NCBI RefSeq assembly: GCF_006345805.1
Contig: NC_043016.1
Location: 19,406,001 to 19,470,000 of the forward strand
DNA length: 64,000 nucleotides
Direction of reading: 5' to 3'
Origin: Octopus sinensis
Taxonomy: Eukaryota
Shown: in pieces, positions 1 through 12,900 of the stretch
Layout of the letters: every line of letters starts with the position of its first letter
Numbering within the stretch: the stretch's first letter is position 1
Position numbers and translations under genes: made by a program
Notes under the pieces: generated by a model
Told to the model about the DNA's origin: nothing
Databases searched by the model: none
Seen by the model: only the letters and a program-made list of their open reading frames with translations

Positions 1-477
1 TCAGACATACTTCTTTTTTTTTTTTTTTTGAGGAAAAAAATTGCTTCTAAATAAATGACCAATAATTTGGGAATAAATAAATTTGACACTGATTGCACTG
101 TGATTTTGTAATCGTTATATTATAGTGTAAGGCTACATTTTATACTCTTTGTGTCCAGTAACGGGCAACACATTGCTATGCAGTATTCTTTATCATTAGA
201 GAGACAAAAAACTATGACAAATAACTTGTTGAGGCTGGAAATATTAATTTTAGGAAATAGGTCAGCATGACATAGTTTTCTAAACTTTTTTTGTAGATAA
301 GATACGTTTTTACATTCAGTTTGATTCTCTTCATCACACATACACACACGCACACACAAAGGTGTGTTTGTATTTATGCGTATGCATTTTATGTACATAT
401 ATACTCGATTGCTTCTATGTAGGTTTTATGTTTCTACATTTTTCCTGAAGTGTGCTCTGTTATTCTATTCTACTTTT

Positions 478-893
478 GGATCATTTCGGTTTGAACGGCA
501 GTTTTTAACATAATTTCTAGGTAACTAAAAAATTTTAAACTTCGTATACTGGCAGAATGTGTTTATAAAACATCTTTTTCTCTTGGCTTTATTGAGAAAA
601 TTCTATAGTTTGTAAGATATTTGTTGTTTTTTTCTTCAATTTCTGCAATTTCAACCAATCACTGACGTCTATTGAGGTAAAGAACATTCTGTGCCGTATG
701 AATATGTCCCTCGTTTAAGAAACAGATTGGATTTATTTACATTTCAGAAGAAAAAAAGATACCCTTCCCCCCACCCCTAACCCTAACCCTAAAACAGATT
801 GAAATGCAATAGATCGATACTAGGGTCATAATTATGGGTGACAATTTCATAAGACACCGCTAGAAAAAACTACCGTTCAAACCGAAAAGATCC
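478..893. mobile_element. MITE with GG-starting TIRs, 8-bp TSD and internal telomeric repeat (Merlin/hAT-like)
   Basis: GGATCATTTCGGTTTGAACGGCAG ... CTACCGTTCAAACCGAAAAGATCC; CTACTTTT flanks both ends (470-477, 894-901); CCCTAA repeats at ~775-792. Partial copies at ~13940-14150 and ~26160-26390. Confidence 0.8.
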
Positions 894-1004
894 CTACTTT
901 TTTTTTTTTTCGATTGAATATATTTTGTTTACTTAAAAATTAGAATTTTGGAAAATGAATGTTTTTTTTTTACAACCGCGATTTCTGTTTTTGCTAACTC
1001 TTTT

Positions 1005-1209
1005 ACAGGTTTCAGTCATTTGACTGCGGCCATGCTGGAGCACCGCCATTAGTCGAGCAACTCGACCCCGGGACTTATTCTTTTGTAAGCCCAGTACTTA
1101 TTCTATCGGTCTCTTTTTGCCGAACCGCTAAGTAACGGGGACATAAACACACCAGCATCGGTTGTCAAGCGATGCTAGGGGGACAAACACAGACACACAA
1201 ATACACATG

Positions 1210-1263
<54 letters not shown>

Positions 1264-1436
1264 ATATATATATACATATATACGACGGGCTTCTTTCAGT
1301 TTCCGTCTACCAAATCCACTCACAAGGCATTGGTCGGCCCGATGCTATAGTAGAAGGCACTTGCCCAAGGTGCCACGCAGTGGGACTGAACCCGGAACCA
1401 TGTGGTTGGTAAACAAGCTACTTACCACACAGCCAC
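1005..1436 (-). mobile_element. tRNA-derived SINE family A (internal microsatellite)
   Basis: Head GTGGCTGTGTGGTAAGTAGCTTG...GGTTCAGTCCCAC (A/B-box-like). Further copies at ~5245, 14745-15120, 20870, 24090, 25405, 29055, 34010-34410, 38215-38525, 43295-43690, 48420-48822, 61445-61870, 62800 and 63870. Confidence 0.9.
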
Positions 1437-1809
1437 GTGAAATTATATAAGAAAAATTTTCTAAGACTTGACTGTTATTTCTAGCATGTAGAGAGACCTT
1501 CTAGGCTTAATTTCATGCGCTGATTGAAAATCATTTAAGAAAATTCTGGGGACTAAAAATTCCTCGAGGTGGAGCCCCAGCATGGCCGCAGTCAAATGAC
1601 TGCGACAAGTAAAAAGAAAAATATATCACAGAAGTGATTTTGATCAGGCTTTAACAAAAATTCTGGGTTCCATACGGCCATCTAAAAATTCTTTAAGGCG
1701 GTGCCCCAGCATGGCCACAGCCTAATGACTGAAACAAGTGAAACATGAAAAGAAAAAATATGAGTCTATTAGGTTTAGCATAAGTTTAGCTAAGAAGGGA
1801 CGTAGAACA

Positions 1810-2520
1810 GGAGATGGTCTAGTTAAGGAACTAGAAGAAGCCTGGAGGACTGGTAATGCGGACTAAGCGAGGGTGAAAAGACTGGAGTTAAACCAGCATC
1901 TTGAAGCCCAACACATCGGAAGTATTGCCAAAGCTAAGTTAGGTGCGATGGGAAGTGAAGGAATCAAAGTTGCTGGATGGGCCCGAGTGGTGGAAGCTCG
2001 GCAAGGAAATAGTTCCACTATTCGGTCTTTGACGAATCAAAATGGTGTCTTGGTAAACGAATCCGAGAAAATGTGAGACCTTTCGGGAGTACTTCGTCCA
2101 GCTGTTCGGGGGTAACGGCGGTCCTACTAGTGGGAGAGCTCTCGAGGATTTTCTTGCCGGGCTGCCGTATCTCTCGGGGTCGGATGTGGAGTCTTGCGAA
2201 GGGTCAGTCACGCCTGTGGAGGTGATGAGGCTCTCGCTGACTGTAAAGCAGGTAAGTCGTCGGGACTTGACGGTCTTCCGTACGAGTTGTGTAAATGTAT
2301 GCCAGACTTGTTCGGACATCTATTGGCTGACGTGTACGCGAAGTGGCAACAGAATGGGTTTATCCCCAAATCTGTGCGCCGGGGAGTAGTGACGTTGATC
2401 AGAAAGGACCCAGACAAGGGGACGCTATAGAGAATATCTGGCCCATCACTTTGTTAAACGCAGAAGTGAAGATTTTGACCAAGGTCTTAGCAAAAAGGTT
2501 GGCGCGTGTCGCGAATGGTA
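1810..2520 (+). pseudogene. L1/Tx1-clade LINE ORF2 fragment (start of RT)
   Basis: Frameshifted GKSSGLDGLPYEL...GFIPKSVRRGVVTLIRKDPDKG...WPITLLNAEVKILTKVLAKRL. Confidence 0.85.
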
Positions 2521-2761
2521 TAGTTATTAATGATGGTACCTATTAATGCCCTCTGTATTAACATCTTGATCCGCTTTCTGTACTCCTCAATCGCCAAAAG
2601 GGACGTATTGAGTTTCCAGTAGCCAGATCCCTGACTATGTAACTTATCTACCGTCACTGTAGCTGACTAGAAAAAAACTGTGGACACTCCGCTATGGACT
2701 TATCTGTTTCTCTAATTAAAATTCTATCTAGATATATTCTGGAAGACCCGTCACTATTTGA

Positions 2762-3330
2762 TCACGTCCACTGTGGAGTGTTCGGGTGCTCCAACCTATA
2801 TGGATCTGCTAGGTGAAAGTGACTGCGCAGATCCCGTAAGCTTGGGTTACATTTTCTGTTCACGTTCGAGCCATCACAATCTGTGTGTGCGCCACATTTT
2901 GTGTTAAAGTCTCCTAACAATACTAGCGAATGCGACGTGGCCAAGAACTTGTCCAGGTCACGAAAATATTCACTTTGCGGGCCCATAATGTTGGGTGCAT
3001 AAATAGCGACTAGCCTGATTATCTTGCCACAACTGAATGTCAGGTCAAGAACGACCAACCTGCCTTCTGGGTCAGAAAAACCAACTTTTTCTCGACGACC
3101 CGGTTTCTTTTTAGTAGGGCCAACACCCCACCCCACTTCCCGCCCGACTCGGAGAAACGTATTTCTCATAGTCGTTCAGGAGGGGGAGCAGATATCTTGG
3201 CCCCTTTACCCGGGTTTCCGTTGCAACAATCACATCCAATTTTCTTGACCTGTTGTCATTTAGGAAGCGTCCTTGCTTCCAGCTAGACATCAGGCCACAA
3301 ACATTTATACAACCAATGTGAACAATATGA
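2762..3330 (-). pseudogene. L1/Tx1 AP-endonuclease fragment
   Basis: IGCINVCGL...DVIVATET...SDPEGRLVVLD...VAIYAPN...LLGDFN...DPYRLEHP...WT, with one frameshift. Confidence 0.88.
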
Positions 3331-3619
3331 CGCAAAACTTTTCTTTTCTTTATTTTGAATGGTCTTTGCTTCTATATTTCTTTTGGTATCCGTAACTTTT
3401 GGTAATGCAGGGGATTCATTTTCCGAAACATCAGAAATGTTATCACAAATTAAACTTTCTAAATTCTTTGCTCCCCGCTCGGTCGATGAATCATCACCCG
3501 ACGAAGAAACACTTTTCGGCATCTTGCCGGCAATTAATGTTTTCCCCCACATAGGAAAACCACAGATAGCTTTCGAAAGAAAACTATAATACAATTTTTA
3601 AATAATGGATGGAAGCACT

Positions 3620-3985
3620 CCGTCGCTTACGACGATGAGGGTTCCGGTTGATACGATCAACGGAACAGCTTGCTCGTGAAATTAACGTGTAAGTGGCTGA
3701 GCACTCCACAGACACGTGCACCCTTAACGTAGTTCTCGGGGATATTCGACGTGACACAGAGAGCCGGCCCTTTGAAATACAGGTACAACAGAAACAGGAA
3801 GTAAGAGTGAGAGAAAGTTGTGGTGAAAGAGTACAGCAGGGATCACCACCATCCCCTGCCAGAGCCTCGTGGAGCTTTAGGTGTTTTCGCTCAATAAACA
3901 CTCACAACGCCCGGTCTGGGAATCGAAACCGCTATCCTATGACCACGAGTCCGCTGCCCTAACCACTGGGCCATTACGCCTCCAC
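3620..3985 (-). mobile_element. tRNA-derived SINE family C
   Basis: Head GGAGGCGTAATGGCCCAGTGGTTAGGGCAGCGGACTCGTGGTCATAGG...GGTTTCGATTCCCAGACC; related heads at 23290-23575 and 30800-31095 (+). Confidence 0.8.
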
Positions 3986-4092
3986 TTTTAAATAATAAGT
4001 GCAGCAATAAGCACAACAAGAGATATAACAATTAACAGGAACTTACGAACACACTCCAACAATAAATTTTCAATAACAGACAGACGAGATAA

Positions 4093-4545
4093 CGCTAAGA
4101 ATTTCGCCCGGTGTGCTAACGTTTCTTATTTCTTTACTGCCCACAAGAGCTACACACAGAGGGGACAAACAAGGACAGACAAACGGATTGAGTCGATTAT
4201 ATCGACCCCAGTGCGTAACTGGTACTTATTTAATCGACCCCGAAAGGATGAAAGGCAAAGTCGACCTCGGCGGAATTTGAACTCAGAATGTAGCGGCAGA
4301 CGAAATACCTATTTCTTTACTACCCACAAGGGGCTAAACACAGAGAAGACAAACAAGGACAGACATAGGTATTAAGTCGATTACATCGACCCCAGTGCGT
4401 AACTGGTACTTATTTAATCGACCCCGAAAGGATGAAAGGCAAAGTCGACCTCGGCGGAATTTGAACTCAGAATGTAGCGGCAGACGAAATACCGCTAAGC
4501 ATTTCGCCAGCGTGCTAACGTTTCTGCCAGCTCGCCGCCTCACCT
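4093..4545 (-). mobile_element. SINE family B, tandem/nested pair
   Basis: GGCGGCGAGCTGGCAGAAACGTTAGCACG...GAGTTCAAATTCCGCCGAGGTCGACTTTGCCTTTCATCCTTTCGGGG. Other copies at ~9060-9298, 30610, 31372-31605, 35540, 44055-44275, 55375-55580, 56262-56480 and 58600. Confidence 0.88.
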
Positions 4546-5577
4546 CCGCAACAATATTAAGGAGACCGCATAGAAAATACATGTTACATTCACTTAATTT
4601 ACAAATAAATCATTGTTTTATAATATCTAACTGCTAAGTTTATTTAAACTGGTTTAATTCCTGTTTTTATAGTATATTTTATAAACAAAACGTACTTTTA
4701 AAATTTTATAGACTTCCACAATATTCTGTAGTCTCTATCGCTTTGTACCGTTGGTCGTTATTTACGTACAAATTCAACTTTACCGATCTTGCTTTATATT
4801 CGGTGGTTATATATACAAATAGAAATCTAATTTTTGTTTTTTCTCAACTATTTGTTATCCAAGTAAACATGAAAGGAAATCATTGGAAACTTCGGTTTCC
4901 TTTTCATTGTTATATTGTATTTCTTGTAATTGGACCCCTTCAAACTATTATAACATCTGTTAAGTCCTCTCAGAAATGGTTGAAGGTAATTTATCACCAC
5001 AATGTAAATTTTTTTTTCCTTGTACGTCATCAAAACACGTCATTAGCAAAATTGACGGGAAAATAGGTTAGAATGACCTATTATTTCAGAACTCTGTGAA
5101 ATATCATAAAGTGAGCAGAAAGTTTTAGAATAATATTATTTGGCCAAGCTTAGAATCGTTGATAGAAGAAACAGTGTGGGAAACAGCAATAATTATAACA
5201 GTAATGCTGATGAGCTAGTTGAAGATGGGGGTCTTTTTTTTATGGTTCCGGGTTCAGTCCCACTGCGTGGCACCTTGGGCAAGCCTTCTGAGTGGATTTG
5301 GTAGACGGAAAGTAAAAGAAGCCTGTCGTATGTATATATATATATAGTGAATCTTACATGCATGAAGTGGATCCGATCCACCATAGCCAAATTTAAATTA
5401 ACACCGCTACAGAACTTTTCCCACGATGGAACAATGGTTTTTCTCTGACAGCAGTTTTACATTTTCCAGATGCCTTTAGCTAGGCCGAAATACTGTCTTC
5501 ACCACTTGACCCTTTCTAACCTCTTCTACTTCACCAAAAGCTAGAATAGAGATAGCAAGATCACCAACTAAATCTAT

Positions 5578-6060
5578 TGTTTTCAGTGATATATCTATCC
5601 TTCTGGATAGTTATATAAGCTAGCACATCCCAAGCAAAAATCAGTTCGTCACAGTCGTGACGACTCAACTGAGTTAGTCACAGTCGGTGATGACTCAAGG
5701 AAGTCTGGCTGACCAGCTAGAACCTTGGTCAGAGGGAGAAAGCAACTGTGAGACAACACCCTACAATTCTCTCTAGCTCTAATTCTGTTCTCTTACAACA
5801 TCATTCTATCTGTCTCTGTATTTACTACTAAACAATGAAGAGGATACAAACACAAACTTTACTTCGCATGCTTTTGGATTTATCATAACCTGCCCGTGAC
5901 GGTAAATAAACATTTCCTTAAAACTTCATGCATTGTCTATCTTTTACATCTTACAACAAGCAATTATTACAACAAATTATTATTGTTACCACGGCTGACT
6001 ATTGACATTATCATCATGTTGTTTACAAACCAATTTCTCCCGTTACAATTGGCGACCCCG
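5578..6060 (+). mobile_element. Probable Gypsy-type LTR followed by PBS
   Basis: TG...TTACA (~470 bp, contains AATAAA), then TGGCGACCCCG at 6050-6060, a tRNA-Arg-type PBS. The 5' edge is uncertain. Confidence 0.6.
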
Positions 6061-6718
6061 TGAAAAAAGAATCGCTGCCTTCTGAAACAGTATTACCAAC
6101 AGTCGCAACAGACCCCAAGCGAAAGAATCGATGCCTTTTGAAACAGCATTACCAACAACTTGGTGAACCCATGTAAAGAGAATTACTACCTTCTGATGCT
6201 ACATGTCGCTGCATTTTTACTGATTCCAACTAAAGAACTAGAATATCTACATTCGCTAAACCAAAGGAAAACGAATGACAACTTTCGTCAGCACTAAGAT
6301 GCACCCTCCATCGACCTGCTATACAAAGCACTATACTGCGATGCAATCTACGATGCACTTCACAACAATGCAACACTGCCGATGCACAAGGTATCCGCCG
6401 ACCACGAAAGCCTATAAGCGCAACATTTCAACAGCTACATGTCCAGAAACTAACTGGAAGAAAATACGGAAGCCCGCACATGCAACCTTTTCGGCACACA
6501 CGCTTTTTGTCTCGTCCTGACATACAAACCCTGCATTGTCTATGAACTTTTGCACGTACATAAGACTTTCAACACATCTTTTTCTTTGCATGCATATCTT
6601 CTTTTCACTTTCAGCAGTAGACTTTTTAACAAAGGACACTATTTTCAAGTTAAGTTTTTGTTATTTTTGCTTATTTTATTGTTCCGTTTGCACTGCACAC
6701 TTTCATTTGTTTATGAGT

Positions 6719-6952
6719 CACACATTCCGCGATGCACATATTCCGCGAAGTACCCATTCCGCGAAGCACACATTCCGCGATGTACATACAGTGATGCACA
6801 CATTCCACCATGCACACATTCCACCATGCACACATTCCACCATGCACACATTCCGTGAAGCACACTTTCCGCGATGCACACATTCCACGAAGCACACATT
6901 CCGCGATGCACACATTCCACGAAGCACACATTCCGCGATGCACACATTCTGC
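6719..6952 (+). repeat. 16-bp minisatellite (GCACACATTCC[G/A]CGA[T/A])n
   Basis: About 14-15 degenerate copies downstream of the PBS. Confidence 0.85.
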
Positions 6953-7469
6953 GACAACTCGTTTCACTAAAACAGCTAAATTCATACGCATATCTTTTTG
7001 AATGTTCTTTATATTATTCATATTTAGCATGTACTTTTTTTTCGTCCACTTTGAAAATGTTTGTATTGTTTACACACACGCATGCACCTTTCCTTACAGC
7101 CTGGCCTTGCACACGCATCTGCACACATTGTTCATACACATACATGTTGACACTGTCACATTCATGCACCACACATGCCTATCTCGCTTGTTTTCCTGCT
7201 CCCTGCACCCTTATAGACACAGCTCATCTCTGTAAGAACTCTGAGGGGCCCGCACTCTACATGTTAATTCTTTGATATCGCTGCTAAGAGTCCCGGTAAA
7301 CAGTACTGACCGAGGGCACTTAATACTCTCAGTCCGCCCCTGATCCAGAGTATTCCTCTACTCATGCAACTGGACAACTATCTTTATCGAGTTTTCTTTC
7401 ACCAAGAAGTAGTTTGTTCAGTCACTCAGCCTTAAATGCTTTTGGTTAGATTGAGTGGGTATGTGTTGG

Positions 7470-10110
7470 TTTAAAACCATCTTCTTTTGCTGAAGACCCA
7501 CTGACTCGTAAGTAGACAAACTTGGGGAGTATGACAAATGTGATCTTTAAGAAATACCTGGAGAAACTTACTCAAGAAGTGGAAAAGAAAATATCTGATG
7601 AACTTCCAAGTAAAATTTTCGTTGGTAATCGACGGTTGGGCTAAGGGTTCCACGCATTTCTTACATCTTATTCGTGCAATTATCAAAATGACTATTGTAC
7701 CGTTTTGCTGGCATTTTCGCCAATGGTAAATCAAACATCATTCACTGCTTCTGATTATGTCGAATTTATTGAGTATGTGTTAAATGTCTATAACAAAAAT
7801 TTAGAAAATGTTGTAGCTGTTACCGGAGATATCACTGAAGTGAACAAATCTATAGAGAATTTATTCAGAATAACATTAATTTGATGTGCCTCTCATAAAT
7901 TCAATCTTGCTCTTTCTGCTTATCTCGTCAAACAGTAAGTTCTGCTTGATAAAATATGTTAATTGGCAAAATAAAATCATTAAAACCTGTTGGTAAACTT
8001 CGGGAAAAACGTCTTTGCAGCCTATACAAATAAAACCCGTTGGTCTAGTACTTATGACTTGATTGAGAGGTACATCCAACTCAAGCCCTTTTTAGACTCT
8101 TTTCAAGACGATCCAAAGCTGGTTGATTATCTGTTGACTTCAGGCAATTACAATGAACTGCAGACTCTAAAAGGCATTTAAGAAAGTTACGCTCAGTAAT
8201 AGTCGCTTTGCAAAGACAGAATTAGATTTGGGAAATGCTCGAATTCTTTTTGACGAAATTCTCGCATTGTATCCCTCCGAGGAGTTTTTAAAATATTTGC
8301 TTTGTAGACGCAGTTACCTCCTTCGCCAGTAGATGGCACAACACGTAACATTGAGGTTCCAGCACTCCGTGGGCTGGTGAATTACTTCGTCGCCCATCTT
8401 TCCAGCAAGATCCGTCTGGAGAGGAGGAGCCTGTTGCAAACAATATTTGGTAAAAGATGGATGGAAGTTGTACGGAAGTTGAGTATGCAAGGTGCTGTGC
8501 TTGCACGGTCGGTCCACGTGCAAGGGAATGGAAAGTAATCACTTAAAAGGAAACAAACCGGCGGGTTAGTCTACTAAACCGGATAGAATAATGTAATACC
8601 CATCATGTATATTTAATTTAATCACTTGTTTTCGTATCATTTTATTTTCATGAATAAACCCATCCGTTTTTAATTTGTGTAATGGGCGCGGTTGACCTTT
8701 ATATGTTCCTTGTCTGTCCTTGTTTGTCCCCTCTATGTAAACCTTTTATGGGAAAAATAAAGAAATCCTTTGTCTTTGTCATCGCGACAGCAGCGTATGA
8801 GGAGGTAACCTCCTTAGCTCTTGCATAACGCACGCAATAGCTAACAGACATTGAGCAGCTATGACGTAGAATACACAGAATCTGAACATGGCCTTCATTT
8901 GTAAACTCCTTTCATGATTATTCAATTTGTATATATTTGTGACCTGGAGTAAAAGTTACAGCTTGTTTCTATGAATTCATTGTACAGTGTTCTTTGTTCG
9001 AATGACATCTATTCCAGCTTCCTGAACGGAGTCCCTTTGGATGGTTTCACCACGTGATACCTATTTCTTTACTACCCACAAGGAGCTAAACACAGAGAGG
9101 ACAAACAAGGACAGACAAACGGATTAAGTCGATTACATCGACCCCAGTGCGTAACTGGTACTTAATTTATCAACCCCGAAAGGATGAAAGGCAAAGTCGA
9201 CCTCGGCGGAATTTGAACTCAAAAAGGTAACGGCTGATGAAATACGGCTACGCTTTTCGCCAGGCGTACTAACGTTTCTGCCAGCTCGTCGCCTTTCACC
9301 ACGTGATAACCACAACCATCTAAAGCTTCATCAGCAACCATTGTGCACAGCCTAAATTTTGAAAGTGGAGTTGAGAAAATTTTACAGCATGCTGTAGCAG
9401 AGCTAACTGCGGATGAAGAGGCTGCTCTACCTCAGCTGAAAGTGGTGACAGACACGTCACAATAGTCTGATTTACCTGTAGAAGATAATGATTTTACTTC
9501 AATTTGTTTGAAAAATCACAAATTAAGATGAAATTTCACCGCAGCAGTATCTAAACTAGATTTTCAGCTCAGCAGGTTACGCTTTTAATGATTTTCGGCA
9601 ATACTCAACACCAATGAATTTTAAAATGCAATTGTTTCTTTCTGCAAGTCAATCGCGCTTTCTGGGATCCAGAAATCTGCAATCGTTCAGAAATCTACAA
9701 TCGTTTCTGAACTTTTACTATATTAGAACATTTTAATTGTGCTACTCGCTTGAGAAACTCTTTCAATTAAAGACCTTCAATTTATTTGTTTTCCAACTAC
9801 TGTACAATGTAGAGTATATAGGTTTTTTTGTCCCTTATTCTAAATCCATAAAATGAACTTTGAACGTTTTCTGCTAATAAAAATTTTCGAAACTATAAGA
9901 CGTGCCATTTATTTTCCTATCATTTTGGCGCTTATCTAAATCGAAGCTAACACTCCTAAATATATGCTGTTTTTACGTTCGGCAAAATAATTGATAATTA
10001 ACTGCAATTATTTGCAATAATTGATTGGCATGTATCCCAATTAAACTTAATTGATTTCTAGGAAAATAATTAATTGGAAAGGTTCCAATCAATTATTTAT
10101 ACAACCCCTG
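7470..10110 (+). mobile_element. Decayed hAT-like DNA transposon interrupted by LINE and SINE insertions
   Basis: Broken frames read LVIDGW...VAVTGD...CASHKFNLA...NKTRWSSTYDLIERY...LQRQ...LGNARILFD, resuming at ~9310 with IVHSLNFESGVEKI...LTADEEAAL...PMNFKMQLF. Ends in ACAACCCCTG (reverse complement of a CAGGG-type TIR) at 10110. Confidence 0.75.
8290..8530 (-). mobile_element. L1/Tx1 post-RT fragment inserted in the hAT relic
   Basis: PPLQTDL...GDEV...IYWRRR resembles the Tx1 GPDLQ..NW.EV...W..RRLSL region. Confidence 0.5.
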
Positions 10111-10508
10111 ATATTTGTCCCTCACCGGTTTGGATACTTATTCGTTGATCCTACGTATAACAGAACAGTATGCCATCTATATATATTTATCTATCTATGC
10201 AAACAAATGTGGTAACATGTAACATTATTGACCGAGGTTACCGCGGTCTTTTCCGTAGGCTTTTCTTTCCTCGGATAAACCTTATTTGCTTCCCCCTTTA
10301 CACTTTACATCGTGACATTTCTGTGATACACGATCCCTACTGATCGTTTATTTTTCTTTCACCCTTTTTCCTCTTTTACGATCCCTTTTGATCGAAAACC
10401 TATCCCACACTTTTTCTTTTTTCTTTTTTTTTTCTCCCCCCAAAAGAAAAGCTCTACTTTGTAATCTGTCCCGTCTGTGTGCAGACCTGTGTGGCTAATA
10501 AAGAATAT

Positions 10509-10742
<234 letters not shown>

Positions 10743-11000
10743 ACATGAACACGAAAAGTAGAATTCAAAATATGAGTATATGTATTATAATTATTAATAT
10801 TTCGCAGAAGAAACAAAAGTGATTCAAGGACCGACAGTTTCGTGCGTTTGATAAATGCAACGCACGTAACTATCGGACCTTGAGACACTCTAAAACTTCT
10901 ACTATGTATTAATATATATATATATATATATATAATATATATATATATATATAATATATATAATATATATATATATATATAATATATATATATATAATAG

Positions 11001-11031
<31 letters not shown>

Positions 11032-11139
11032 TGTATGTATGTATGTATGTATGTATGTATGTATGTATGAATGTATGTATGTATGTATGTATATGTATAT
11101 GTATGTATATGTATATGTATATGTATGTATGTGTGTGTG

Positions 11140-11182
<43 letters not shown>

Positions 11183-11527
11183 ATATAAACGGCAGTGTTG
11201 TCTGTGCGTGTTTCTGTGTGTCTGTTTGCTTGTAAATTCGACATGGGGTCGAGAATAAAAAAAAAACAAACCACAGACTGTCTAGGGGACGCAACTCAAC
11301 CTTTTTTTACTCTCAAAAAAAATTTACCATCATTTTTTTTCCATTTTTTTGCTATTTTTTGGCTATAACTCTCTAAAAATGCTTTATAGTTATTTCCCTT
11401 ACAAACCTGAGCAACGCCGGGCGATACTGCTAGTATATATATATTTATATATAATATATATCAGTCGCCATGATAGATCGTTAGCCACTACACACATTTT
11501 TTCTCTCCTTGTTTTTTTTCTGTGTCC

Positions 11528-11563
11528 CTTTCTGTAGAAGAGCCTAGGCTCAAAACGTAAAAG
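11528..11563 (+). ncRNA. Degenerate minimal type-I hammerhead
   Basis: CTTT CTGTAGA A GAGCC TA GGCTC AAAAC GTA^AAAG; stems intact, core deviates at A6 and G12. Confidence 0.4.
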
Positions 11564-11649
11564 ACTTTTTCTATTCCTGAGCATTATATTAATACATCTG
11601 TTTGTTTTGTACACCACCTGTCTTCGTCTTTTGTTTTTTCGTAAACTCT

Positions 11650-11685
<36 letters not shown>

Positions 11686-11688
<3 letters not shown>

Positions 11689-12242
11689 AATATGAGAGAG
11701 AATCCACAATGTGGACGCTCTTACGCTAGAGATAGATCCGCAAGGGTCTCAACGACTAAGAATTGTTCTCAAGAAAAATTTAGCACACTAAGAACGTAAG
11801 AACATTTTGACTTTAATTATAAATTAATATGTTCTCAAACCGGCGTAACATACTGCAGTGAATTACTTATGCAGTATTTATTTCCGGGAATTTGGCGCGC
11901 TAGAACGAGGGCATTTGAATATAACTGTGAATATAAATAGGCCGACCTGCTCGTGTCTTTGACCTCGTGTTAATATATAGCGTGCAGTTCGACAAATTAT
12001 ATTTTATGACGTACCTCACTGAGGATCTGAAGATTAATTATGTAAGTAAAATTGCACAATTTATTAACAGTGAAACAATTGGATGGGGTTAATCTATATT
12101 TTTGTTATTTTTCATTTGTCCTGTTCGCTTACGTTCTTAGTGTGCTAAATTTTTCTTGAGAACAATTCTTGGTGGTTGAGACCCTTGCGGATCTATCTCT
12201 AGCGTAAGAGCGTCCACATAGTGGATTCTCTCTCATATTTGT
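11686..12242. repeat. ~115-bp inverted repeat pair with a relic hammerhead in the spacer
   Basis: Arms 11686-11800 and 12128-12242; relic CCTCA CTGAGGA...GAAAC AATT GGA TGGGG at 12014-12088. Confidence 0.8.
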
Positions 12243-12340
12243 GTATTAATAATATTTACTGAATCTCAGTCTTTTATGCGCTAGACCACTGGTGTTAAAT
12301 TGATGTTAAATTAATATCCAATTTTTTCACCCTCATTCTG

Positions 12341-12387
<47 letters not shown>

Positions 12388-12539
12388 TATATAATATATA
12401 TATATATAATATATATATAATGTATTCTCTCTGTCCTCCATAATCCTCTATATTTTCCGTTTCTCCCCCTTCTTTGCTGTCCTCTGTCTTTCTCCCACTC
12501 CCTATCTTTCGTTCTTCTCCCTTTGTTTTTTCCCTCATC

Positions 12540-12900
12540 CTACCTCTTTTTCCCCTTCCCTCTGCCTGTTATTAACACGTGACTACGGGCCATTTCTCTC
12601 GCCCCTGTCTTTTCTTGACAAGACGTCCATCGAGCTGGACGTTATTTCTCTCACCTCCCGACATTTTTTCCTCTTCTACTATTTTTTCTCTTCTATTTAT
12701 TCTATTTCCTTCAAAAATCTCTCGCAGGTGTTACCCATGACAATTCGTCCTGACCTAACGGTCCTCAATATTTGTCTTCGTCGATTGTTTGCTTTGTACG
12801 TCCACTCTGTTGTTGTTTGTTCATTCGAGGCCCTAACTCCCACGCGTATGAGCAAATTTTTTTCTGTCGAGGGCTTATATGTCGCATTATTAGACTATTT
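12540..12900 (+). mobile_element. Dispersed repeat; inverted homologue at ~24500-24860
   Basis: Shared text ACGGGCCATTTCTCT...GACGTCCA...CTAACGGTCCT...GTACGTCCACTC on opposite strands. Confidence 0.65.

Noticed and set aside
775-792. Chromosome end suggested by CCCTAA repeats
   Set aside because: The tracts are short, degenerate and enclosed in MITE termini; they are interstitial.
6719-6952. Possible CRISPR-like array
   Set aside because: Repeats are contiguous with no unique spacers, the context is eukaryotic, and there are no cas genes.
6536-7030. His/Cys-rich ORFs (HIPRCTHS repeats) suggesting a metal-binding protein
   Set aside because: They arise from a 16-bp unit that is not a multiple of 3 and is open in several frames on both strands.
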